A stretch of DNA of 59,780 bases, filler included, from Catajapyx aquilonaris (taxonomy: Eukaryota), in assembly GCA_000934665.2 (NCBI GenBank). It is 3 parts of 3 records of this genome, joined end to end, with 100 filler letters (N's around TTAATTAATTAA, not from the genome) between each part and the next. Parts side by side here need not be neighbours in the genome. Positions count along the whole stretch, not along the records: positions 19,996 to 39,840 come from JYFJ02006378.1; positions 39,941 to 59,780 come from JYFJ02006379.1; 1 more part is not named here. One strand, 5' to 3'. Below are positions 35,231 through 49,355 of this stretch, piece by piece (position 1 is the stretch's first letter; every line of letters starts with the position of its first letter). Made by a program: the position numbers and the translations under genes. The notes beneath the pieces were generated by a model, which ran no database searches, was not told the origin of the DNA, and saw only the letters and a program-made list of their open reading frames with translations.

Positions 35231-38200
35231 GCACCCACGCAAGATGTCACTGAGATTCCTTATTCTGCGGTTTGGGACAGAGTATCAGCAAGCGATACTG
35301 GTACTACAGCCACGGACTCGTCCAGCTTTACTCCGCATCACTGTCCAGGTAAGACGATATTAGAGCCATAATTTACAGTGGCCTGTTATTGTCTTGCATT
35401 CCATTGACTCCAGCACTTGTATTGGGCACAAAACATGTGGGGTAATGGAATCGCAATTTCCTCCCGAAATATTGTGGAAAAGCATGAACATCCACATAAA
35501 CATTTCTCTCCATTAGATATCATTACATGAAATTCACTGGCTGGGTCGCTGGGATGTGTTTATACACTATACTAATTTTGAAAAGTCCTACTTCTTCCAG
35601 GTGCAATTGATTACGTAAGGATAAGTGGCCACCCAAGTCCTGGAAAAGTGACACTAGTCTGGAACGCAACTAAAGGGACAGAACGGTTCAAAGTTGCCTA
35701 CCGAACTCGCGAAAGAATAACAGAGAATGCGACTGTGGTCCACGGTAGTACTTCTGTTCAGTTGAAGCTCTTACCGCCATGCATGTTGTTTGACATCAGA
35801 GTCGCCCCTTTATGTGACAACAATGTGACGGGGAAATGGTCGGGAGTTATCCAGGGATGGTCGTGGTCTGCAGGTGAGACTTGAACTGACAAATAACTAA
35901 GACATTACATATTATAGGCCTATACTTCCTTCATAATGATAGTTAAACGTATGAACATACGGGATGTTTGAGAAATATATGATAGAAGAGTGACACCACA
36001 TGTTCATCAACGAAGAGTCCTGTAATACATTGTTGTAAAAGGAGTAGCGTAACAAAACGTCATGACATTCATTGTTACCATCTAATGCAGTTATTTCGGC
36101 CAGCAGGTAACGGCAGCACCCCATCGAACCTGCACGTGGACTTTGATCCTCCTGACCAAGTGATCACTTATGGCTGGACACCCCCTGCATGCGACCAGCA
36201 GTCTTACATACTGGCATATCGCATAGCAGTGCTTGTCAACAGCGCAAAGGGGGAGCAAACATTTTGCAATGTAACTAACGTTAATGCAAACGTATGCAAC
36301 GAAACTAGCTGCATATACAGCGACTGCGACTTCTATGTCAAGGATTGTCTCAGCTTCCATTACGCTGTCGATGTTATGTACAATGGCACTGGCGAATTCG
36401 GACACAGGGCTACAGCTGAGCATCTCGGGAGGGGGGGTAGGAAGATTAAGGTATATCTGTTTTATATAAATGCTAACTTATATCTTTAATCTGTGCAGAT
36501 GTTATTGAGGAGTTGAGTGTATATGCAGTGAATTCTACGGAGTTATACATCGAGTTTTATCTGGTCCTGGTCTGCATCGATGGCTCTCCCACGAATGCCA
36601 CGGTGACCATTTCCGCACCAAATACACTCATTGAATTTGATACAGACCCACGCCAGATATGCGAATATGACAGTTGCAAATTTAACACACACGTTCAACT
36701 GAGGGCGTGCGAAGAGTTCAACATTACCGTTCAGTTATGGCTGAACGACACGCGAGTTGGTATCAACGCCAGTGTTGGAAGTACAATCCCAGAACATGGT
36801 ACTATAAAAGCCTTCGCATCCCCCCCTCCCCTCCTCTCTCTCGTCAAGGACTACGCCCAATCAACGTGATTTAATGCATACGCCAATATAATTCTCATCA
36901 TCATCATTCTCTTGCATACAATGTCCAAGTCTATTGCTTACATGGGATGCTTATACAGTACTGGTTGCTTACATGGGATGTATCAATCCACAGAACTTCA
37001 CCTCCTCTACTTTTATTGTTGGACTGTGGACTTGTGCAGTGTGTATTTGATATTTTCTGCCAGGACCTAGTGCGCCCCAAGACATGAACTTCGAGGAGAT
37101 GCCTAGAAACAAACTGAGGATAACGTGGTCACCACCAGCTAAACATGCACTTTGCGCGTCTGTATACATGATACAGATTAAAACCCGGGAAGATGATTGG
37201 CCGCAGGATGCCTACAATACCACCGGCACCCAATACACTGCGGACATGCTTCACTGCGTCGACTACGACATTGCAATCTGGCCTGTTACACCCAGCGGAG
37301 ACTCTGGACCGACCCTCTTCCGCAACTACAGCACAAGTACGTATGTAACGGCGATTCTCCGAAAACTTATTACCAATACCATGTCCCGTCATAATAACTC
37401 AAAAATGGCTCGACTGAGAGAGATGAATTTTTAAACATCATTCTGTAAATGCAGTTGAGTATTATAAGGAACAACGTCCAATAAAAATTATTTCAGTTAA
37501 CTGCAAAATCAATCCTGGAAGGTTTCAACCACTTTAGAGTATGGGAGTTAGGTCACCCCATTTTTCCCTTGTTTGTGACCTCATATAGAGTAAGTGTGAA
37601 CTTTTCCTAATTTAAAAAACATGTTTTGAAATTCATTAATTTTTGGTTTGAAAATGGTAAGTTTTTGGAGAATCGCCCATATACAATACGCTTATAGTAT
37701 CATTGTTATTTTTATTATTAGTCACTAAGATTAAGTTCATCCTGATCCACACACCACACAATTATACTTTATTGATGACACTGTCGAATATTATACAACT
37801 CAAACCCAGCGGCAATTTGCTTATGTGTCATAAGACTCAAAAACCGATCGTAGACTTGGAATTACTAGTGCCTCCCCCCCCCCCCNCCCCCCCCCCCCTT
37901 CCCCCGATATTGTGGACCAATTTTCGGAATGACAGAGGTCTTTAACAGATCATCTTCAACGACATAATATACTATATTATTGCGTTGAATTTTTTGTTAT
38001 ACTGTTGATAGATCGCGTGCTGATTGTCCTCTCTGGTTCTATATAGGCATGGGAAATGTTACATCTTACACTGCTAGTCTTTGTACAGTTTGTACAGTAG
38101 GCTGCATAACTTACAGGGGAAACATGTTTTCGCCATTACTGTGTCTAAGCAGTTTGAGCTATCACGAAGGAATACATGCCCATTTTATTTTTTCAGCACC

Positions 38201-39665
38201 AGGAGCAGTTGTTAGCGAGGTCAAAGCAACAGTGTACGGTCTCAGTAATAACAGCGTCGAGTGGAAATTAAATCACTGCGCGGAGAAGATCGAAATGATT
38301 CAAATATGTCCAAGCGGAGACGATCCTCTTTGTTTAAACAGAACTGTCACGAGTTCGTGCAAGAATGCCTCGGAATTCACTGCGAAGTGCACAGCAGATC
38401 TTTCAGATACTCTCGCTCCTTGCACAAGCTACAACGTCAGCGTAGAAGTGCTCCTGAGGGGGCAACAAGTGTTTCAAAATAAAACTGAAAGCAACACCAT
38501 CACCACTGCTCCTGCCGGTGAGTTTCTTGCAGGTCAATTTACAGGAAAGGGTTTACGACACTGTAATAATTTATTGGAACCTCTACCAAGTAATATTGCA
38601 GTAAGTTATTTTAGAATATTTTGTGCAGCCCCAGGCCCGCCTGCTACACTGCAAGTATCATCGGACAGTCCTAACACCATGAATTTGACTTGGACGAAAC
38701 CACATCACTATCCGCAATGTGTTGACCACTACAATATATCATACGGTACGAATGATGGTGACCGACAATTCATCAACACGCAGGAGACGACGATTACACT
38801 GCGAGGCTTGCGAGGCTGTGCAAAGTACACAGTTGACATTTGGGCTGAGACCATTGATGGCCAGAAAGACGAAGAGAGCACCACGAACAGCACTGAAGTC
38901 AAAGGAAACGGTAAGGCTGCGCATGGATATTGGAACATGAATATATTGGTTTAAATGTCAATTTATTCATCCCTGACTACCCATCGTAGGGAAATGTCGT
39001 TATGTTGTTGATGATGATGATGAAAGATCAATTTATGTTCACAGACACGGAACATAGGATCAGAAACCTTCAGATAGAGGTAAATGATGACACGGCTGCA
39101 ATGCAGTGGGACGTTCCTGTGTGCAACAACTCTGGATTGACTGGCTACACGGTGAAGGCAAACCAAACAGAAGCACCAGCACATTGTCAATCAAAAACAT
39201 GCACAGCTAAATTTGACAGTCTGCAAAGATGCACTGATTATAATTTTACTGTTATCACCAACTACACAGATGACCAATACGAAATCACAGTGAGGAAAGC
39301 CACTCCAGAAATAAGTAGGCCGTAATTGAGCAAATAATTGTGTTAGGACTGTGTAACGGTACATGCGTCGTTTCCAGAACCTAGCATGCCAGGAAACTTG
39401 ACCGTGTCCGAAGTCGGCGACTCGTTCATACAAATTAGCTGGCTCAAGCCAGAATTGGGCTCTTATTGTGTCGCTAAGTACAACGCATCTTGGTGGAAGC
39501 ATGAAGAAACCAATGTCTTTCATCAAATTGTAGAAACCACCAATGGGACTATTCTGGAACTGGAGCCATGTACAACCTACGACATCGCTGTTGCTGCCGT
39601 CACTCCAAGTGGGAACATGCGCAGCGACTGGGCACAATTGCAAGGCATCGTTACTCACGAAATTG
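35231..39665 (+). CDS. Multi-fibronectin type III extracellular protein, partial; FN3 exons 35601-35873, 36104-36436, 36499-36798, 37064-37336, 38197-38517, 38629-38910, 39045-39314, 39378-39665
   Basis: Eight phase-1 exons of about 90-110 codons, most with the FN3 W..P and L.PC..Y patterns and many N-x-S/T sites; start codon and 3' end not resolved. Confidence 0.85.
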
Positions 39666-39840
39666 GTCTGTGTAAAATCGCTTTAAGAAATAATGGCATT
39701 TAAAAATGGATTTCTTGTGTCAGTCCCCAGTGTCCCTGGTGCCTTAAGGTGGAAATGAAGCTAGAGTCACTCAATGAGAATTTTATGAAAAAAACATATG
39801 TTACGCAGTTTTGTGTCCTCTTATCAATGGTGCAAAGAAA

Positions 39841-39940
39841 NNNNNNNNNNNNNNNNNNNNNNNNNNNNNNNNNNNNNNNNNNNNTTAATTAATTAANNNN
39901 NNNNNNNNNNNNNNNNNNNNNNNNNNNNNNNNNNNNNNNN
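39841..39940. other. Artificial contig linker
   Basis: 44 N + TTAATTAATTAA + 44 N. Confidence 0.97.
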
Positions 39941-39992
39941 TGAAGTGCACTGTACGTACACCATATAATAAGAGCATTTCCTCAATGTGTAG

Positions 39993-40322
39993 AATATATA
40001 ATCATTATATAATATTATATTATATAATAATACAATACAATATAAGTAATATAATATAATAATACAATACAATATAAGTAATATAATATAATAATACAAT
40101 ACAATATAAGTAATATAACATAATATAATATAATAATACAATATAAGTAATATAATATAATAATACAATACAATACAAGTAATATAATATAATATTATAT
40201 AATAATACAATATAATATAATATAATAATACAATATAAGTAATATAATATAATACAATATAAGTAATATAACAATATAATATACAGTAATATAATATATA
40301 ATACGATGATATAATAACGATA
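39993..40322. repeat. AT-rich compound pentamer microsatellite (AATAT/AATAC/AAGTA)
   Basis: Directly visible low-complexity tandem array. Confidence 0.9.
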
Positions 40323-42865
40323 AATTGCAATGCACGGGATTGCGTCATATATATCGGAATTTGCACAAAATTTTCAAATTGCAGAACTTTCGATCAGCTG
40401 AGGTTACAATATTGACTAATATACTCATTTTATAGGAAGTTTAATCCTCTACAACTTCTTCTCTGAAAGCGTTCTTCTCAAATGAACGGAAAACGAGATA
40501 AAAGGAAAGGTTTGTGAACAAACGGGAGGCAAGAATGTTTTTTTGGGGAATTCGCGATTTTGACGAGCGTATATCTCTGAAACTATAACAGATACGTAAA
40601 TAGTGAATAGAGACATTCTCATAGGGAATTTTACCAGCTTCAAATTTGTACACTACCACATTCTGGCTAGACCTACCCGATTTCGAGATATAATATAAAA
40701 ACCAAAAAACCGTACCTTCTTCCCCCCCTCCCCCCTTAGCCTCACCTCCTAGGTCCCAGGACTTTTAGTATGTTTACCTCCTAACTAGTCCAAACAAAGC
40801 CCCGAGGTCAATTCTTGCCGTCCCGTCATTTCCGTCTACACCCCCTTCATTGCCTGGACTAACTTACAATGCAAGAAAGTCCTTAAGAAAAAAGTTAACA
40901 TTTACCAGCTGCATTCCAGCATGACCAGTAGGTCTCTGTGTCAGATGACATTACTGCTCTTGCAATGCCCGCTGATGTGGACTGATCTTTGACCTAGTTC
41001 ATGCCAGGGACCACAGGTGTCACACCATGATCATTTCTTCATGTTATGTCATTTACATGGCCTATTTTTTAAAGAACCAAGGTGCAGTGGGCCATCACTG
41101 TATGGCGGGCCATCACTGTACGGTTTACCCTATTTCCCCCTCTACTAACCTGTTGCTGCTCATAAGTTATAACTTGATTTTCACTCGCCCGAATCAGCCA
41201 TCAGAAAATCATCATCGTACCGTGTGTGTCGTATTTCACTAGCAGAAGGCTTTGAACCTGGGTTGACTCGTCCACCAAGCATTCGAAAAAGGTATACACA
41301 ATTATTTTGTTGTCGCAAATGAGATGGGAGAAAATGCGATCACTCTTTTAAAAAATTGTATATTATTTGGGAATAACAATAATAAAATCGTAATCACAGT
41401 AGTTTTATTTCAAACTAAACTCGGACTACTTGTACAGTATAATCAGCACAGGGGAGAAACCGTCATTATTTTTCTGGTATCAGAACAAAAAAACCGCGTC
41501 TGCGGCCACATGACTCATTCCGTTTCGACAGCCACCCACTACATAGCACGAAACATTGCTTTTGAGATGTAGTAGTTTCATGTGAATCAGTGTATGGTAC
41601 GGTGTTGCTCATAAGAGCATAAACATTTTGAGATCATCCTGGAAACCCCCTATTGTTGTAATTTTTTAAAAAATCATACATGATTGACGAACGTCCGCAT
41701 CCAGGTGACGACACCCACTCGGCTATTGCACTGTACACAAAAGAAATCCAGTCACAACTAGTTTAGTGGTGTTGATGACTGGCCAACAATTTGCTTTTCG
41801 CTTTGGAGGAGACACAATAGAAGAAGCACTCAACTAGCGGGCAGCGTCGAGGCTATACGAAACTGTACCTAACAACGCGAAGCACAAGGTTAAAATTTGT
41901 TTTAACATGAGCCATTCGCATGCAGCGTCTACCATAGACCAAAACTATACCACATACAAGAGCACTGGGCCAGTATGGCCGGGGGCAGATTTGTAAAAAG
42001 AAAATGGAAAGGGGAGGAACAGAGGAGTGCGATGATTTGCTTGTACCGGACACTGCCTGGCTGGCAACATATCGCATTGATACATAGCTGTTGAGTCAGC
42101 GAGAAGAGAACTGGGAGAGAGACTGGACTCCAAGGGTACTAAGATGACCCTCTGATGGCCCTGACGGAACTACACGTGTTCCGGACGGAGCCAATACATT
42201 GAAGGTACGCCTAGTGAGCACATCCTTCCCATACAGTGTCACCGAAGGCGGCGCTACGTGCCTGGTGACATTTTCTGAACATTTTGTTCTCTTTCTGCCT
42301 TTCTTTATCTGTGTTGCAGATTTAAAAAAAAAAAAATCTCAGGAGGCCTCTTATATCAAGAAATATCAGCTCTTCCGTGCGGTAAGCAAAAGTGCATGAT
42401 TACTACTTAAATAGTCTTGTCAGACTACTCAATGCTAAACCAAAGTGAGCATGTAAATCAAATGCACGAAACTCTCAGGAAACCTTGGTATAGCCGCCTG
42501 CTCTATGCGGTGGCCTTTATGATGTAAACAATAATGCACCACAGGTCACAGTACATTTTGCTAGCCTGCAGGAACAAAGGGAATGCCCCTAGCTAGATGC
42601 ACAGTCAAGAGTGCTATAACCATGCATTTTCTAGAAGTACTTACGACTCCTCCAACAACTCCCTATTTTATGCGACACCCTGCCTAATGGCATATCCTGC
42701 AACATGGCGGGATGCTCGAGTTGGTTTATCTTAAATGCGAAGATACTAAAAGCCCTGTGTTAAGTGGGTGTGTATACCGTAAGTTATGGCCATGTCACAA
42801 AAATGGCAAATTCATTATAAATGAATTTTAGCTGGGCATACCATACAGCTGTGGTTGGTTACTTA

Positions 42866-43196
42866 GGGCCGGTTGCATCTTGTTGTGTTTATTCAGGGTT
42901 CATCCTGAATTTGGAACCGATTCCTTCTTTATTACCACTAGCTCTAAAAAAATTAAAGGAATTCTAGCTTGTGGTTATAAATGTTAGAGCATACTATATT
43001 AATAATCGGAGATATTAACTCAAATACAGTATATCCAAGTAGGACATGAAAGCCGAGAATTTTGTTATTTATTTATAATAATTTCGCGCTAATAAAAGAA
43101 CAGGGTTTTCCGCACATCGATATAGAGACAATAAATTATAACCAGGCTGGATGAACCCTAGGACTTGTGCACTACTGTAGCTGATGCAAGAGGCCC
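42866..43196. mobile_element. Harbinger-like MITE
   Basis: Ends GGGCCGGTTGCATC / GATGCAAGAGGCCC; internal inverted repeat AGGGTTCATCC / GGATGAACCCT; flanks TTA and TGA. Confidence 0.55.
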
Positions 43197-43512
43197 TGAG
43201 TGTATGACCCAATCTCACTCAGCGTCATGCAGCGTGTGACTCACTTTGCGGTATGATCACCATGTAAGTCAATTACACAATTTTATTTTATTTTTAGAGA
43301 GGCCATGTAAAGTATGGTCTAACCATGAGATTTTTTCACATGAGTGTATGCCTCTATGTACACTGATACACACCATGTAGAAAGATTTTATCATAATAAA
43401 TGCATATGGTAAAAACCATTGCAAATTAGGGGTCATCCATAAAGTAGGCTAAGTCAGAGTAATATAGGAAGGAGGATATGATTCTGGCGCAAAGGACAGT
43501 GACGTGGGTATA

Positions 43513-43720
43513 CAGGGTGTATTAACCTTTTTGTCCGAACAGTTATCGGAAAAGCCTATGTATTCTAGCTATGTAGCCAGAATATGCCCCAACATTCCTG
43601 GCACATCCCTCAACTGATAAAGGCAGGGAAGCATCACTGGTTGCAAGTCACTCCTAAAAAAATAGGCAGCTTAGTGCAATATTTCCGATAATTGTTCGGA
43701 CAAAAAGTTGAGACACCCTG
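43513..43720. mobile_element. Mariner-like MITE
   Basis: TA-CAGGGTGT...TTTTTGTCCGAACAGTTATCGGAAA / TTTCCGATAATTGTTCGGACAAAAA...ACACCCTG-TA. Confidence 0.8.
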
Positions 43721-45452
43721 TATAAGGGATAGATTATTATGAATCTAGGCTCGAAAGTCATATACAGTATTACAAAAGCGTTTCTGACTTAAATGCAGTA
43801 AATAATTTACTGTGGAGCAAAAATCAGAAAGTTGGGGGAGTCCGCAACAGGTCTTGCGTGACAGCGCGTGACATTGGGTTAGATGGGCGGGGGGGGGGGG
43901 GGNGGGTCTAAATGCTAAAATGATCATGTCGTACTTTCTGGATGATCCCTTACCGGTATAACTCGTCTCACTCTCAACCACAACTTATTCGTTACAAGCG
44001 TGAAATAACTTTTAAAAATTTATTTAATTCATGTTAATATTTTCAGATTGTCGAACAGGCGAATGACTTTTCAATAAATTAATATCCACTTGGTTTGGTG
44101 CCATATCTTACTCTCTTGAAGTTATCACGTCAACGACTCGAGATCACATGTCCATATAGGATATGCCAGCAGGCAAATAGAGCCAGACACATGTTTTTAA
44201 AATTATCTTATCCATCCTTAATGCTCTTTTTTCCAGTTTATTTCCAAACCTGCCGCCAGCCAGACGCAGATACGGTATATCACAATAATATCAAGGGGGC
44301 AACGAAATCCTTGATTAAGTAGGCCTTGTTTATGTCCCAAACTGGAAGACGAGGGTGCCTTTCTTCTCACATTACACTCTCCTAAACACTTGAAAAGCAC
44401 TGACTGCTGTCACAAGTCCCGAGGCCACTGCAGATACACCTCCTCTATGTAGGAAGTACCACAATAGAAGATACCGCATGGGAATTGACACCACTCTCGT
44501 GATCGACAATTTTCTTTTTTTCCTCTCAGGTTACTTTCACGGCTAAAGCCAAATACACGTAACGTTCCACTGACTTCCACTTGGTCAGTACATTATGATA
44601 CATATCTATATGATGCCATTCAGGTGACCGCTTCTCTCACATCCTAGAGGCCACTGATTGGAGGGCTTGTTCCTCAGAGATGAGTGCGGTATTTCACCTG
44701 CATTCAGGAACGGTTGAGCCTTTGTGGCGCCTAGTTCCGAATCAAGTCTTTGTCATGGTGTATGTTACATGTATCTGATGACAGACCAAAGGTATAGTAG
44801 TTGCAATAAATTCCACAGAGCGCAAAGTCCGGGTGGAGTGAAAGGGAGATGGTTTCAAGTCGAAGAGAGAAAAAAAAATCATCTTGTCCATACTACGCTG
44901 GCACCAAGAACATCTAGGATTTGTTGGGTTGGTCAACGTCCTTACATCATGTTACATTGAGAATTGCTGGTCCAAAGACCATTTGGGATTGTGAAAGTAG
45001 AGTCTTGCGTGACGTGACAGTTCATGTGTCCATTTGATATTGGAAGTAGCATGCACTTGCCAAACGGGTAACATTGAAGTTTCACTATAAATCTACCACG
45101 TTTGACATAAACCCCATGATACAGGCACTATCATCTTATGCAAAACATTCATAACATAATGCTTTCTTAAAATATTTGAAAGGTAAATGAAAGAGTGCCT
45201 CGTTTGAGCAGAACCATATACTTCCAGTGGCGGCTCGTCGTTCGGGACTGATGGGGCCCATTATTACAAGAAAAATAATCATTTCATTAAAAGCATGACC
45301 GTATATTGTTAACACAGAAAATGCATGCACATGAGCAAGTTACACCTTAACCATTCTCTCCCACCTGTAACAACCCAAGCTTATAATAAATGTCGGAAAA
45401 AATCGCACTGAAGCACCTGACCTCTCCAAGATGTTTCCTACCCAACATACTA

Positions 45453-45758
45453 CAGTGAGGAAAACGAGAGAACGATCTGACGTCATCGTTTTGTTTATCG
45501 ACTGGTAGTCAACGGAAATATGCCGAACGCTCCCCCTGGAACCTCACACTTTTCAAATTTCCATGGAGATGCCATGCAACAATAGGAGTAAACATTGTTA
45601 TTTTTTGTTGTCGATGTTTACGCATATTGCTGCATAATGGCATTTCCATGGAAACAGGAAAAGTGGAAGGTTCCAGAGGTGCGTTCGGCATACTTCCGTT
45701 GACTAGGAGTCGGTAAACAAAACGATGACGTCAGATTGTTCTTTTGTTTTTCGCATTG
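45453..45758. mobile_element. Tc1/mariner-like foldback MITE with inverted arms over 100 bp
   Basis: TA-CAGTG...CATTG-TA ends and long complementary arms. Confidence 0.75.
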
Positions 45759-48700
45759 TACCTTCCCCCTCCGTCCCGCCAAATGCCTGTGATAAAACTC
45801 ATCCCTCCATGGTTCTGGAAAACAACAGCCTCAACCCTAGTTTACTGGAATCACTCATGGAAGTCTGCTTGGTTCTCAATAATCTCCACGGCATGCGGCA
45901 GTGCAATGACGGCACAGGTAGCCTAGCGGCGATGAGAGAGGGGGAATAAGTTTAAAAAGCTTAAAACAACCTGGCGCTATACAACCATCAGCACTCTAAA
46001 ATGGTGAAGGTTTTTATTCACCTTGTGTAGAGCACCAGAATACATCTGTCCTAAAGTTTATTAAACCACCATTTGAAAAGGGTTACTCCCAGGTGACTTC
46101 ATTCAAATGCGCCTAACTCCCACAATATGTATCTTGTACTACAGATAAGTTTAATACTGACACAGAAGAGAGGCGAAATATTGATAGTTGAGTCCATATT
46201 ATGCTACATTGACCTTTAGCCCCACCGATGGAATAAGACATGAGCCGCCACTGTTTGATGCGATTGTCAATTGAGTTAAGTGTGGCAACCACGTGCAATT
46301 AGATCTGAGCTAATGGAAATTCTTCGATATCCAAAATAAAATTTTACAAAATTGACCCTTATTTCATGCTATCATTATTGAATGTACGAGCTTCAGATCA
46401 AGCAACATCAGATGCACAATCAATTTTTTTCATTGGCAGTATATTTTGACCATTGTTATAATTGGGGGTGGTAGTCGTATACGTGTTTGATTTACTCTCC
46501 ATGTTCCAAACATATCACGCAACAAAATATGCTTACTAAATGACACCTTATGACCTGACAGAACTTTAAATACTATCACCGACTAGTAATTATGTTTGAA
46601 ATGGTAGTGACCATAGTGTTATTAAATTGTACATATTGCCATATTACGGTGATGCAACATACTGCAATATTATGCATTATACAATTGAGATTTGAAATTA
46701 CTTCTCATATCATGTTCTTACACTTTTTGAGTCAACTATTCCAACAATGCGAACCTCGGAACGCGGCAACTAAATTGATGACGTGCCCACACTTCTCGCC
46801 AAAACTGTCCCACACTCAATACATCCGCGAAATGAGTACAGACGACTTCTTCTTTCATCTTGATACGTAGCTCTCATTTACTTCTAACGTAAATCTGTAG
46901 ATCAAAAGCTTGAATGGTAGTAAACGAATGCATTCTGATGAATTATATATGAAACGCCCAAATAAGTGGCAACATTTATGACCTCATATGTTATTTTAGC
47001 ACACATTTAAAATCATTAATTACAGCATTTACTCTCATGCATAAAATAACATACGTTTTAAATAGGCAGATGACAAATATTGGGTACCTAAACAGCCAAC
47101 AAATCTTTAAAACTGTCTAACCTACTGCACGTGTGATCTTGGGCCTTGTTACCGACCAGCCGCACTTATTGTTTATTACTTCGGATAAGTTTAATATGCT
47201 TTGAAAACGCCGCAATGATAACCTTACCCGTAAATAATGGATCAACCTATCTTCGAATTAAAAGCTTGCTCAAAAATAACTTTTTTTAAACAAATTTTTT
47301 TACAGAGTGCCAATTTGCTGATGCAAAATGTGTTAGCTGGCAGGTTACTTTTGACTGTCTTACCTGGCAATCTGAAAACACCACAAAATATGTGTGTATA
47401 TCCGTGACAAAAAACGATGCACATACTGTATATTTAAGTATACTGTATGAGTGAGTTATGAGCAACTTGACAACAAAGGCAACTATAAAATGGAAGCATT
47501 TCAGAAGTCACTTTGTAACAAAGTGTGTTTTCATGTCGTCCTTTTGATGCGATCTAAAAGGTCTTGCTCAGTACCTGCTAACCAAGAAAGCCATTTTACT
47601 GATCGTGACTTGGGCCACACGTAATGCTCTTAAAAGCAATCGTTTATCAAACGAAATCATAAGTGTGAATAAAGTCTCCGACCCTTCATATGACACTCAA
47701 TTTGCTGACCTGACCCATCCTAACGTATCACATTTTGTGAAGAGTTTCTACTGCGTGTCTTCGAGGTGTACGTGAACGCTAACATGGATCCCACCACGAT
47801 TCCAGTTTTATTACGTAAGCTTACACTATGTGAATTCATAATAGGCTTTCCATAATTCCATCTCCAAATATGAGATTTTTCCATCTTTCATCACTTCGAT
47901 CTCACTCATGTGTGACCACTCGTTGGAGGTTGTGTCGGCGTGAAGGTTATGTAGCATAAAGTAAAAAAGATCAGGGGGCAGAAATGTCCCAATTTTTTCT
48001 TGACATAGCCGAATCTTGCTCGTCAACATTGGAGACTATTAAAAACTGCATTGTTTACGGCAACTAATAGTGCACTACAGTGTGACTTAATATTCCCAGA
48101 GTATAGTGTGCGTGTATACGTGTTACCGTGTCACATTCTCGCGCCTGAGGTGAGCATTCTCAGTCTATAAAATCATGTTTCACTCATACGGTGGTCACGG
48201 TATATTCTGGCTCTTGCCTCTGAGGTCATAGGGTCCTACAATGATACCCTTTCTTAGCCACTATCAACCTTAACGGAAACGCGACCTCCTAGTACCCATG
48301 GCCCCTTTGAGTCTCAGGTTTCGTATCGTCCATGCCAAGTGACGAACACAGAGATTAGTGATGTAGATCGCCAATATTTTGGAGAGTGAATGGGAAAGCA
48401 GGTAGACACTCGACAAAACCGAGCTACTTCAACTATGAACACACAGGCTTATTCCAACAGGGAGGAGGGCGGGAGCAATGTCAGCGTTGCAGTATACGCA
48501 GAAAATGTAAGAGATCTGAAGAGCAGGAATTTATATTTTAATATTGGAGTTAGGCAGTTATATCAACCTGTTCGAAAGACGGTCTCTGTCAATTTATCAT
48601 TCTGAGGGATCGTTCAGGAAAGAAAACAATGAAACGTGCACTTGTTACACGCTTCATTTCTATTGCCATACTTGCATCAGACATCGGCAGACAGAAAGTT

Positions 48701-49355
48701 TAATCTGATTCTGATATGAAAGTTAATGTCATATTTAACAGACTCATCCAAAACTGCCAATGTCAAGCGCCGGGCATGTCAACCAAAGGTTATCCTGACT
48801 GGATATCACTTTCGCTGGACATTTTCCGCCTCTCCTAATATTAAGCCTACTGTCTGTCACGACGACCTTTATTTTTTAACGAACTGACACCCTCAATATG
48901 AACGACCGTAAAACAACAAAATTACCCCTGGAAATGTTCGAGTCCTACCAAACGTATGGCATAAAACGACTAGCGATCAGGTGGCAGGGCAACAAACGTC
49001 ACTATTAAGTTACCTCGCTCCGCGTGGTTCGTTCGTGTACGGTAGAGTATAATAATTGCGGTACCAAAAACGATGGACTGTGTGCAGCATTAGCTGAGAG
49101 TACCAAACAAAATTCCCTGTGGCAAGAGTTCCTCGGGACTCGGGTGAAGCGGAGATATACAAATGAATACATGACTTGGAAGCACCCTCTTTCTCTGAGG
49201 AAATATCCAGTTCTTCACCATGCGAGAGCCACTGTTTTTTGCTCCCTAGTTGCTTCTGTAGGAATCTGCACTCTATCCTTTGGGCTCACCAGGTAAGTGA
49301 ACAAATGGAATCACTTATTTTGAAAGATGATGGGTGCCATGTCTTCTTTACTTCT

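Noticed and set aside
39893..40366. Tyr/Ile/Leu-rich ORFs
   Set aside because: Translation of an AT-rich microsatellite
42080..42385. Plus-strand exon-like segments with splice signals
   Set aside because: No coherent reading frame or recognisable homology; cannot be supported without RNA data
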